This document shows, in pieces, positions 9,728 to 17,305 of a DNA stretch of 32,000 bases. Under the pieces are notes generated by a model. It was not told the origin of the DNA, made no database searches, and saw only the letters and a program-made list of their open reading frames with translations. Numbering within the stretch: the stretch's first letter is position 1; every line of letters begins with the position of its first letter. Source of the DNA: Eubacteriales bacterium. Its GTDB lineage: Bacteria; Bacillota; Clostridia; Oscillospirales; CAG-272. The translations under genes were made by a program, and so were the position numbers. The stretch covers positions 1-32,000 of the forward strand of contig JAZNZE010000059.1 in NCBI GenBank assembly GCA_045594785.1, in the 5' to 3' direction.

Positions 9728-10639
9728 ATGGAAGAAAATAAGAGTTTTAAAAGCGGAGTTAAGAATTTTTTTCTTGATACCGTACGAGGATTTGCAATAG
9801 GAATTGCATTCATAATACCCGGTTTTTCCGGCGGCTCAATTGCCGCCATACTCGGTATATACGAAAAGCTTATTTGCGCAATAGCGGATATTTTCACCGA
9901 TTTTAAAAACAGTATAAAAACACTTTTACCGATAGCTCTGGGAATGGTGATAGGTGTAGTATCGTTGCTATTCCCGCTCAGCTGGGCACTTGAAGAGTTT
10001 CCTATACCGACAGTTTCTCTTTTTGTCGGCTTGGCAATCGGCGGTATGCCCTCGATAACCGATAAGGTTAAAGGCGAAAAAATAAAGTGCCAAAATCTCA
10101 TCGCATCGATTATCCCTGCGCTTATAGTTTTATCCATTTCATTTATGCCTATCGGTGCTGAGAAAAATCTTCTCGGCCTTTCGTTCGGTGGCTACGTTCT
10201 GCTTTTCCTCATAGGAATTTTAGGCTCTTCGGCTTTGGTTGTTCCCGGAATTTCAGGAAGCATGCTTCTTCTCATTCTCGGTTATTACAATTCTATAGTA
10301 AATCTTGCCACAGACCATCTGCTTATGGGCAAGGACGTTGGAGTTTCAATTTTAGTTTTAGGTGTTACTGCTCTCGGAGTTGCCATAGGATTTATAGCTA
10401 TATCCGTTATTATGAAAATACTGTTTAAAAAATGTCCTCGCGGAACATACTTTGCGATAATCGGATTCATTGTCGGCTCAATTCCAACAATATACATATC
10501 CACCGCAAAGGAAGCCGGAATGACATTCTCCACTCTCCCCGCATCGCCTATCCACTGGATAGCCTGCGTTTTACTTCTCGCGGTCGGGTTTGCACTCTCC
10601 TACGCACTTGTGGTATATTCCAGAAGGCTTCAAAAGTAA
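9728..10639 (+). CDS. DUF368-family membrane protein (family of the proposed undecaprenyl-phosphate translocase PopT)
   Basis: Duplicated signature PGFSGGSIAAILGIY and VPGISGSMLLLILGYY. Polytopic, 303 aa. Confidence 0.85.
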   Translation: MEENKSFKSGVKNFFLDTVRGFAIGIAFIIPGFSGGSIAAILGIYEKLICAIADIFTDFKNSIKTLLPIALGMVIGVVSLLFPLSWALEEFPIPTVSLFVGLAIGGMPSITDKVKGEKIKCQNLIASIIPALIVLSISFMPIGAEKNLLGLSFGGYVLLFLIGILGSSALVVPGISGSMLLLILGYYNSIVNLATDHLLMGKDVGVSILVLGVTALGVAIGFIAISVIMKILFKKCPRGTYFAIIGFIVGSIPTIYISTAKEAGMTFSTLPASPIHWIACVLLLAVGFALSYALVVYSRRLQK

Positions 10640-10671
10640 AAGAAAATGTCTGCCCATTTAGGTCAGAGCAA

Positions 10672-10710
10672 AAAAGAGCTGAGATACTCAAAACCTATCT
10701 CAGCTCTTTT
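10672..10710. terminator. Bidirectional rho-independent terminator between convergent genes
   Basis: AAAAGAGCTGAGAT / ATCTCAGCTCTTTT 14-bp perfect stem whose A/T runs provide a U-tract on both strands. Confidence 0.75.
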
Positions 10711-10724
10711 TACATATCATTTTA

Positions 10725-11195
10725 TCATATCTTAAAAAGCGGCTTTACAAATCCTGTCGGCTCAACGGAAGAAATATCGCAACCGATTACTGTATTGCGA
10801 TATACTATAAGATTTACGTTTACAGCACCGTCATATCCCTCGTAATCGTTTACAGCATAGGTATAACGAGTTACCTTTTTATTTTTATATTTCGTCAAAT
10901 CAAGCCCCTGAAGCTTCTGCATTTCGTTATACTCAGAAAGCACCCTGTCAAATTTTTCGGGAATTGCAAACTCTTCGCTTTCTTTCGGCTCTCCTGCAAC
11001 GTTTATTCCAAACTGACTGATAAACTCAAGTCTGTCTTCGTTGGTTTTCATACCTCCAAGCTTTATATCTGCTCCTACAGATGCCGCAACCGCATTGCCG
11101 CTTCCAAAAAGTAATATTCCCGCAAGCACAGCCAGGGTTGCAACAATGAGCACAAAAAATTTTATAGTCGAGCTTCTCACCGAATATATGAACAT
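10725..11195 (-). CDS. DUF4830-like secreted or membrane-anchored protein
   Basis: I prefer the ATG at 11195 (MFIYSVRSSTIKFFVLIVATLAVLAG), preceded by GAGAGGAGA. The track ORF extends upstream to 11414 through a terminator and the repeat array, which is implausible. Confidence 0.7.
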   Translation of the reverse strand: MFIYSVRSSTIKFFVLIVATLAVLAGILLFGSGNAVAASVGADIKLGGMKTNEDRLEFISQFGINVAGEPKESEEFAIPEKFDRVLSEYNEMQKLQGLDLTKYKNKKVTRYTYAVNDYEGYDGAVNVNLIVYRNTVIGCDISSVEPTGFVKPLFKI

Positions 11196-11263
11196 AAATT
11201 TTTCTCCTCTCGTATTTGTTAAACTATACGAAGAAAACTGAAAAATTATTACATAAAAAAGAG

Positions 11264-11292
11264 AAAAAACGGAGTTTTTCACTCCGTTTTTT
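11264..11292. terminator. Rho-independent terminator hairpin, usable on either strand
   Basis: AAAAAACGGAGT-TTTTC-ACTCCGTTTTTT. On the - strand it ends transcripts coming from topB, the small ORF and the repeats. Confidence 0.65.
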
Positions 11293-11299
11293 CTTCTTT

Positions 11300-11647
11300 G
11301 CCAAGCTTTTTTCCTTTGACCTGTGACAGAAAAAATATTTTGAGTAAATTTTCGCGTTCTTCTTTCCGATGCCGTATTAAATACGCGCAGAGCGGTATAA
11401 ACGCTATATTTCACAAAACTTTTTCCCCTTCGACCAGTTACTGAGAGGCGGAAGATTTTGAGAAAATTTTTGCGTTCTTCTTTCCGATGCCGTATTAAAT
11501 ACGCGCAGAGCGGTATAAACGCTATATTTCACAAAACTTTTCCCCTTCGACCAGATACTGAGAGGCGGAAGATTTTGAGTAAATTTTCGCGTTCTTCTTT
11601 TCGATGCCGTATTAACATACGGCGAGTAGGAGAAAACGCGGAAATTT
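11300..11647. repeat. Non-coding tandem repeat with 118/117-bp period: two full copies, a degenerate leading partial copy and a truncated third copy joined to an inverted copy of its own start
   Basis: Unit starts (ATTTTGAG...) at 11337, 11455 and 11572. Copies 1 and 2 differ by only a few substitutions and one 1-nt indel. 11300-11336 resembles the unit's 3' end. Confidence 0.9.
11581..11647. other. Long imperfect palindrome/hairpin at the end of the repeat array
   Basis: Outer arms AAATTTTCGCG (11581-11591) / CGCGGAAATTT (11637-11647). Apex GCCGTAT-TAAC-ATACGGC (11606-11623). It lies 18 nt downstream of the small-ORF stop on the - strand. Confidence 0.6.
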
Positions 11648-11664
11648 ACCAAAAGATTCCCCTA

Positions 11665-11763
11665 TCAGTGGTTGCAACAGCAGCAGAATACTACAATTAT
11701 CGCAAGGATGATGATCCAAGTACAGTTATCATCAAAGATGTGGCACAAGCAGTTGTTATTCAT
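11665..11763 (-). CDS. Small Cys-rich hydrophobic peptide, 32 aa: MNNNCLCHIFDDNCTWIIILAIIVVFCCCCNH
   Basis: Found by hand translation, as it is below the ORF-track length cutoff. ATG at 11763 with GGAGG 7 nt upstream, and TGA at 11665-11667. One TM-like stretch is flanked by Cys clusters. Confidence 0.45.
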   Translation of the reverse strand: MNNNCLCHIFDDNCTWIIILAIIVVFCCCCNH

Positions 11764-11810
11764 ATGTTTGCCTCCGGGAGTTAGTAGCGGTTTGAGCCGC
11801 TTAATACCAT

Positions 11811-11838
11811 ATTATGCCGAAGGCTGAATTTGGTTCAA
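11811..11838 (-). promoter_or_regulatory. Candidate promoter for the small ORF, overlapping the topB stop
   Basis: On the - strand: TTGAAC, 16 nt, CATAAT. Confidence 0.3.
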
Positions 11839-13943
11839 TCAAATGAAAAGGTTACGTTATTTTCTTTCAAAACAAGCTTTCCGGAAAACAGCTTTCCGTT
11901 TTTAGAAACAAATCCCGAGAGCTTTGACGTAGAACCCGTAGCAAGAAGCCTTTTTATTTCTGATATGGGCACTGTTTTTTTACATATCGTAAGTCCTATG
12001 CGGAAATTACAGCCTTCCTTATATCCCATACAGCCGTAACCCGAATTTCCTCTGATTACGTTTTTCTTGCATATCGGGCAGACTCCAACTATCTCTCCGA
12101 GCTTTCCCGTATCTATCGGAGAAGCAACGCTCGAGGTCCCGCCGTTTTTGAATATTTCGGAAATTTCATGCTGTGCAAGGCTGACGCTTTCCTCCTCCGT
12201 CATCTCTCCGTGGAAAACCTTTTTAAGCGCTCTTCCAAGCTCGCTTGTTTTATACTTATCCATCACTATTCCAAGTCTTCCGAGGGATTCTATAAGATAT
12301 TCTCCACCTTCAAGAATAGTATATACGTCCTTTTTTAAATTTATATATCCGCTTTTCCTTGCATTATCTATAATTCCGGTTCTGGTCGCTTCCGTTCCAA
12401 GCTCAAGTCCCTCAAATACAGCACGGTATTCTTCGGCATCGTCAACATCACCGTTTTCGGCAAGCTCCTTTGCCTTGGCTTTATCGTCCTTGAAGGGATT
12501 TTTGAGATACTTATTAAGCGTTTCTATAGTGTAATGCCTTGGCGGTGCTGTTTCCTTCTCGGCCGGCTTGAAATTAACGTTTACTTTATCTCCGACAGAT
12601 AGGTTAGGCAAGACCTTATCCTTACCGGAATAATCATCGTATTTCGTCCATCCTGCCTGACGTATGACCGTTCCCTTGAGGGAAAATTCCTCAAGCTCGC
12701 CAACCTTTATTTTTATCTCACTCTTATCGGCAAGACATTCTTCCGAGCAGAAAACTGCTACAAAACGGCGGAAGACTGTTGAATATACGTCTTTTTCCTT
12801 TGGCGAGAGCTTATCTGCCGGCGGAATCTTATAGGTAGGAGTGAGTGCCGAATGAGATTCGATTTTCGAATCGTCAAAAATATATTTGGAATCCTTAAAT
12901 CTTACAGGATATCCAAGCGCCGATACACCGGAAAGAATTTGTTTTATTTTATCCTTTTCCGCAGTAGCCAGATATTCCGAGTTAGTTCTGGGATAGGTCA
13001 GATATCCTTCCTCGTAAAGCTTCTGAACTATTGCAAGGCTATCCGCCATGCTCATTTTATATTTTTTACCGAGGAAGCTCTGAAGTGTGGAAAGCGAATA
13101 GAGCTTACCCGGCAAAATAGTATCCTTTTTGCTCTCTACGCTCGTTACAACTGCGCCCGTTTCATTATAGAGCCTTGCAGTCTCTTCAGCCTTTTCTTTC
13201 TCGTCTTTTGTAAACTTTAATTTACTTATCAGCTCAACTTTTTCTCCGTTAGTGGTAGCAGAAGATTGAACAGAGTAATAAATTTCAGGCTTGAAATTTC
13301 GGATTTCCATATCGCGCTCGTATATGGCTCTTACTATCGGAACTATAACCCTTCCCACGCGCAAAAGCTTACCAGAACGAATGGTTGCGTATCTTGTCAG
13401 GTTAACTCCGTAGAGCCAGTCGATATATGTTCTTGCAAAGCCTTCGCTTGCAAGATTATCGTACTCAGCCTCGTCCTTCATTTCACCCAGCGCGCGTTTT
13501 ACCGTTTCGGGTGTCTGGTCGGGAAGCCAAAGCCTTTTTTGCATCTTGGGAGTCCGAAGAGCGTTTTGAACACAGAGACGAACTATAATTTCACCTTCTC
13601 TGTCTGCGTCTCCCGCATTGACTATCGTATCAACATCATCTCTGTTGCAGAGAGTTTTCAGTATTTCGAACTGACGCTTAACGCCTGCGTCAACCTTTTT
13701 ATCATTTCCCTTTTTCAGCTCAAAACGGAAGCTTTCGGGAAAGCAAGGGAGATTATCCAGCGTCCATGCACCACCGTCCGTACCCGTATAGCTCTCTACG
13801 TCAGCAAGAGAAAAAAGATGGCCGAATGCCCAGCTTACTATATAATCTGAATTGATAAAATAACCGTCCTTTTTATCCATTTTACCTATTCCGGCAACTA
13901 TGTTTCGTGCAAGGCTCGGTTTTTCGGCTATTATTAGCTTCAC
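11835..13943 (-). CDS. topB: DNA topoisomerase III
   Basis: 702 aa. Toprim N-terminus (M)KLIIAEKPSLARNI, GYLTYPRT active-site tyrosine region, and C-terminal Cys-rich zinc-ribbon motifs (CPICKK and GCMGYKEGCNF). GTG start with RBS GGAAGGAGA. Confidence 0.9.
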   Translation of the reverse strand: MKLIIAEKPSLARNIVAGIGKMDKKDGYFINSDYIVSWAFGHLFSLADVESYTGTDGGAWTLDNLPCFPESFRFELKKGNDKKVDAGVKRQFEILKTLCNRDDVDTIVNAGDADREGEIIVRLCVQNALRTPKMQKRLWLPDQTPETVKRALGEMKDEAEYDNLASEGFARTYIDWLYGVNLTRYATIRSGKLLRVGRVIVPIVRAIYERDMEIRNFKPEIYYSVQSSATTNGEKVELISKLKFTKDEKEKAEETARLYNETGAVVTSVESKKDTILPGKLYSLSTLQSFLGKKYKMSMADSLAIVQKLYEEGYLTYPRTNSEYLATAEKDKIKQILSGVSALGYPVRFKDSKYIFDDSKIESHSALTPTYKIPPADKLSPKEKDVYSTVFRRFVAVFCSEECLADKSEIKIKVGELEEFSLKGTVIRQAGWTKYDDYSGKDKVLPNLSVGDKVNVNFKPAEKETAPPRHYTIETLNKYLKNPFKDDKAKAKELAENGDVDDAEEYRAVFEGLELGTEATRTGIIDNARKSGYINLKKDVYTILEGGEYLIESLGRLGIVMDKYKTSELGRALKKVFHGEMTEEESVSLAQHEISEIFKNGGTSSVASPIDTGKLGEIVGVCPICKKNVIRGNSGYGCMGYKEGCNFRIGLTICKKTVPISEIKRLLATGSTSKLSGFVSKNGKLFSGKLVLKENNVTFSFD

Positions 13944-13991
13944 GGTCTATCTCCTTCCCTTATTCGTCTAAAAAAACCATAACAATTATTT

Positions 13992-14020
13992 ATTGTAGCA
14001 CATATTTGTGAAAATTTCCA
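13992..14020 (-). promoter_or_regulatory. Candidate topB promoter
   Basis: On the - strand: TGGAAA, 17 nt, then an extended -10 TGcTACAAT. Confidence 0.4.
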
Positions 14021-14084
14021 TATTTTTGAAAATTTTTTTGGATATTAATTTTTTGCCCTCGCTCTTTATTTTTACCCAAGTTTA

Positions 14085-14093
14085 TGGTATACT
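14085..14093 (+). promoter_or_regulatory. Candidate extended -10 element for the tdk-deo operon
   Basis: TGgTATACT about 30 nt upstream of the tdk start. The -35 is poor (TTTATT at 17-nt spacing). Confidence 0.35.
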
Positions 14094-14125
14094 TTATATA
14101 CAGTAAAAAAAGCGAGGATTAGAAA

Positions 14126-14710
14126 TTGGCAAAGCTCTACTTTAAGTACGGCGCTATGGGTTCTTCAAAGACGGCTCAGGCACTGATAACTAAATTCAAT
14201 TACGAGGAACGAGGAATGCTCGTTTGGCTTATAAAGCCATCTACCGACAGCCGTGACGGTGAAAATATGATTCGCTCAAGAATGGGGCTGGCTTCTGAGG
14301 TCAGGGTGATTTCCAAAAGCGATAATATATGTGACGTATTTACCTCGGAGGCAAAAGCTTCTGACGTTATTATTGCCGATGAATGCCAGTTCTTTACAAA
14401 GGAGCAGATAGATCAGCTCAGGAAAATAACCGATGAATTTGACGTTCCCGTGCTCTGCTTCGGACTTAGGACTGACTTTTTGACAAGGCTGTTTCCCGGA
14501 AGCCACCGACTTTTTGAGGTTGCCGATTCGATAACGGAAATAAAAACTATGTGCGAATGCGGCAGAAAAGCAACGGTAAACGCAAGAATAGACAAAAACG
14601 GAAATATCGTTACCGAAGGACGCCAGGTTTTTCTTGGCGGAAACGACAGATATATTGCTATGTGCCACAAATGCTGGGTTGATAAGATAAATACGGAGGG
14701 AAAAGCGTAA
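14126..14710 (+). CDS. tdk: Thymidine kinase
   Basis: P-loop GAMGSSKT, ADECQFF, and C-terminal zinc-ribbon Cys pairs (CECG and CHKC). TTG start with RBS GAGGA. Confidence 0.9.
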   Translation: MAKLYFKYGAMGSSKTAQALITKFNYEERGMLVWLIKPSTDSRDGENMIRSRMGLASEVRVISKSDNICDVFTSEAKASDVIIADECQFFTKEQIDQLRKITDEFDVPVLCFGLRTDFLTRLFPGSHRLFEVADSITEIKTMCECGRKATVNARIDKNGNIVTEGRQVFLGGNDRYIAMCHKCWVDKINTEGKA

Positions 14711-15378
14711 TGGATATAAAAAGGATTCTCTCTGCCTGCGACCACACTCTGCTTAGGCAGGACGCTACGGAAAACGACATATTCGCTCTGTGTGACGATG
14801 CTATAAAATATGGCACAGCCTCCGTGTGTATTCCTCCCTGCTACGTCAAGGCGGCAAAGGACTACGTTAAAGGAAAAATGAAAATATGCACGGTAATCGG
14901 CTTTCCTCTCGGATACCAGAAAGCAAGTATCAAATCTGCCGAGGCAAAAGAGGCTGTGGCTGACGGGGCTGACGAGATAGATATGGTTATAAACGTCGGT
15001 TTCCTTAAATCAAAGAGGTATGACGACATTCTTGCCGAAATAAAAGCCGTTCGCACCGCGTGCGAGGGTAAGATATTAAAGGTAATTATAGAAACCTGCC
15101 TTCTTACCGATGAGGAAAAAAGAATTATGTGCAAAACCGTAGGCGAGAGTGGGGCTGACTTTATAAAAACCTCAACGGGATTTTCACACGGCGGAGCTAC
15201 ACCGGAAGACATACGGCTCTTTTCGGAAAGCGTTCCCGAGAACTTGAAAATCAAAGCGGCAGGCGGTATAAAAACACTTCTTGATGCAGAAGAATTTCTC
15301 AGGCTTGGCGCAGAGAGGCTCGGAACGAGCAAAATTGTAAAGATAGTGAAATCAGAAAAAGACACAAGCGGTTATTGA
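14710..15378 (+). CDS. deoC: Deoxyribose-phosphate aldolase
   Basis: DHTLL motif, and the Schiff-base lysine context ADFIKTSTGF. The start overlaps the tdk stop (TAATG). Confidence 0.9.
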   Translation: MDIKRILSACDHTLLRQDATENDIFALCDDAIKYGTASVCIPPCYVKAAKDYVKGKMKICTVIGFPLGYQKASIKSAEAKEAVADGADEIDMVINVGFLKSKRYDDILAEIKAVRTACEGKILKVIIETCLLTDEEKRIMCKTVGESGADFIKTSTGFSHGGATPEDIRLFSESVPENLKIKAAGGIKTLLDAEEFLRLGAERLGTSKIVKIVKSEKDTSGY

Positions 15379-15390
15379 AAGGAGAATATT

Positions 15391-16113
15391 ATGGATAAAC
15401 AATTTCACACACCACACATAAACGCATCTCCCAAAGATTTTGCAAAAACAGTTCTTATGCCGGGAGACCCCTTACGCTCAAAATTTATAGCCGAGAATTT
15501 TCTCGAAAACGCAAAGCTTGTCAATAACGTAAGAGGTATTCAAGGTTACACCGGCTCTTACAAGGGTGAAAGGGTTTCGGTTATGGCGAGCGGAATGGGT
15601 ATGCCGTCCATAGCAATATATTCATACGAGCTTTTCAAGTTTTTCGGTGTTGAAAACATCATCAGAGTTGGCTCTGTCGGCGGTATGGCAGAAAAGGTAA
15701 AAATACGAGACATTATCTTTGGAATGGGCGCATCAACCACCACGAACTTTGCCGTGCAGTACGGTCTTGAGGGCACGCTTGCCCCCTTGGCAAGCTACGA
15801 GCTTTTAAGCACTGCTATCAAGGAAGCAGACAAAATAGGCGCTTCGTATCACGTTGGAAATCTTCTTTCCTCAGATATATTCTATAATGCAAATCCAGAG
15901 GCAAATGAAAAATGGACAAGGCTCGGTGTGCTCGGTGTTGAAATGGAGGCTGCTGCGCTTTATATGAATGCCGCTTATCTATCAAAGCGCGCTCTTGCGA
16001 TTTGTACGGTTTCCGACCATCTCGTTACAGGAGAATCGCTTGATGCTGAGGCAAGGCAAAATTCCTTTACTGAAATGATGGAGATAGCGCTCAATACTGC
16101 TATAAAAATGTAA
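15391..16113 (+). CDS. deoD: Purine-nucleoside phosphorylase, DeoD type
   Basis: TPHINA, VLMPGDPLRSKFIAENFLE, NNVRG, GMGMPS and VEMEAAALY closely parallel E. coli DeoD. Confidence 0.9.
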   Translation: MDKQFHTPHINASPKDFAKTVLMPGDPLRSKFIAENFLENAKLVNNVRGIQGYTGSYKGERVSVMASGMGMPSIAIYSYELFKFFGVENIIRVGSVGGMAEKVKIRDIIFGMGASTTTNFAVQYGLEGTLAPLASYELLSTAIKEADKIGASYHVGNLLSSDIFYNANPEANEKWTRLGVLGVEMEAAALYMNAAYLSKRALAICTVSDHLVTGESLDAEARQNSFTEMMEIALNTAIKM

Positions 16114-16129
16114 ATAAAGGTTGTCAAAT

Positions 16130-17305
16130 ATGAAGAAAATCTTTCTAATTGTGCTTGATTCTCTCGGAATAGGTGCTGCACCTGATGCGCATCTTTTTGG
16201 TGACGAAGGAACCAATACGCTTAAAAGAATTTCGGCCTCAAGCCGATTTCACATTCCTAACCTTATAAAAATGGGAATAGGAAATATAGACGGTGTAAAC
16301 TATATTGAAGGCTCTGAGAGACAGACGGCGGCAACTGCAAGGCTCAGGGAGCTCAGCGCGGGAAAGGATACCACTATCGGTCACTTTGAAATATGCGGAA
16401 TAGTCTCAGCATCGCCTATGCCTACCTATCCTAACGGTTTTCCTGCCGAGATAACCGAGGCATTCGAAGCTGCAGTCGGAAGAGGAATTCTTTGCAACAA
16501 GCCGTATTCGGGAACGGAGGTTATCCGCGATTACGGAGAGGAGCATATCAGAACTGGAAAGCTCATAGTTTACACCTCTGCAGACAGCGTCTTTCAGATT
16601 GCAGCCCACGAGGATACGGTGCCGCCGGAGCTGCTTTACGATTATTGCCGCAAGGCACGAAAAATACTCACCGGAAAGCACGGTGTCGGCAGAGTTATAG
16701 CGCGTCCGTTTATAACCGAAAACGGAGGCTATAAAAGAACGGCAAACAGACGGGATTTTTCTCTTCCTCCGCCAAAGGAAACGCTGCTTGACGCAATCAA
16801 GAAGCGCGGGCTTGACGTTATTGCCATAGGAAAAATAGAAGATATTTTTGCCTCCAGAGGAATCACAGAAGCTTATCATACCAAGTCAAACGCTGAAGGA
16901 ATGGCAATATGCGAAAGCTTTTTAGACAAGAATTTTTCCGGCCTCTGCTTTCTTAACCTCGTTGATTTTGACAGCCAGTTCGGGCACAGACAGGATACAG
17001 ACGGTTATGCCGCCGCGCTTTCCGAATTCGATGCCCGGCTGCCGTCCTTCACGGAAAAAATGGACGAGGACACGGTGCTTATAATTACGGCGGATCACGG
17101 CTGCGACCCCGGTGACGAGGACACCGACCATACGAGAGAATACGTGCCGCTTTTTGTTTACGGAAAGAACGTAAACCCCAAAAACCTCGGTACGCTCTCG
17201 GGATTTGGCACGGTGGCAAAGCTCTGCTCCGACATTTTAAAGCTGAATTTTACTCCCGATGCGTATGAAAATATTAAAAGCAAAATAATCGAAGAGGACA
17301 TCTAA
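16130..17305 (+). CDS. deoB: Phosphopentomutase
   Basis: MKKIFLIVLDSLGIG N-terminus, NLVDFD and ITADHGCDP motifs. I prefer the ATG at 16130 over the track's TTG at 16121. Confidence 0.9.
   Translation: MKKIFLIVLDSLGIGAAPDAHLFGDEGTNTLKRISASSRFHIPNLIKMGIGNIDGVNYIEGSERQTAATARLRELSAGKDTTIGHFEICGIVSASPMPTYPNGFPAEITEAFEAAVGRGILCNKPYSGTEVIRDYGEEHIRTGKLIVYTSADSVFQIAAHEDTVPPELLYDYCRKARKILTGKHGVGRVIARPFITENGGYKRTANRRDFSLPPPKETLLDAIKKRGLDVIAIGKIEDIFASRGITEAYHTKSNAEGMAICESFLDKNFSGLCFLNLVDFDSQFGHRQDTDGYAAALSEFDARLPSFTEKMDEDTVLIITADHGCDPGDEDTDHTREYVPLFVYGKNVNPKNLGTLSGFGTVAKLCSDILKLNFTPDAYENIKSKIIEEDI

Noticed and set aside
9655-10137. The 160-aa antisense ORF opposite the DUF368 gene
   Set aside because: It lies almost entirely inside a well-supported, motif-bearing CDS on the other strand, and has low-complexity composition and no RBS.
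10432-10845. The + strand ORF spanning the DUF368 3' end, the terminator and the DUF4830 3' end
   Set aside because: It crosses a strong bidirectional terminator and overlaps two better-supported genes.
11300-11647. The repeat array as a CRISPR locus
   Set aside because: The units are about 117 bp and directly abutting, with no unique spacers. No cas genes are present in the window.
11404-11784. Track ORFs 11404-11652 (-), 11458-11784 (+) and the 5' extension of 10725-11414 (-) as repeat-containing proteins
   Set aside because: Their repetitive peptides only mirror the DNA repeat. The 118- versus 117-bp period shifts the frame between copies, there is no RBS, and one of them reads through a terminator hairpin.
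11835-13943. Topoisomerase III as a marker of an integrative conjugative element or plasmid segment
   Set aside because: There is no relaxase, type IV secretion gene, integrase, partition gene or att-like repeat nearby, and the neighbours are housekeeping genes (the tdk/deo operon).
13944-14125. The AT-rich topB/tdk intergenic region with repeated GAAAATTT tracts as a replication origin or special regulatory element
   Set aside because: There are only two short A/T-tract repeats and I recognised no DnaA-box-like motifs. It is adequately explained as a divergent promoter region.
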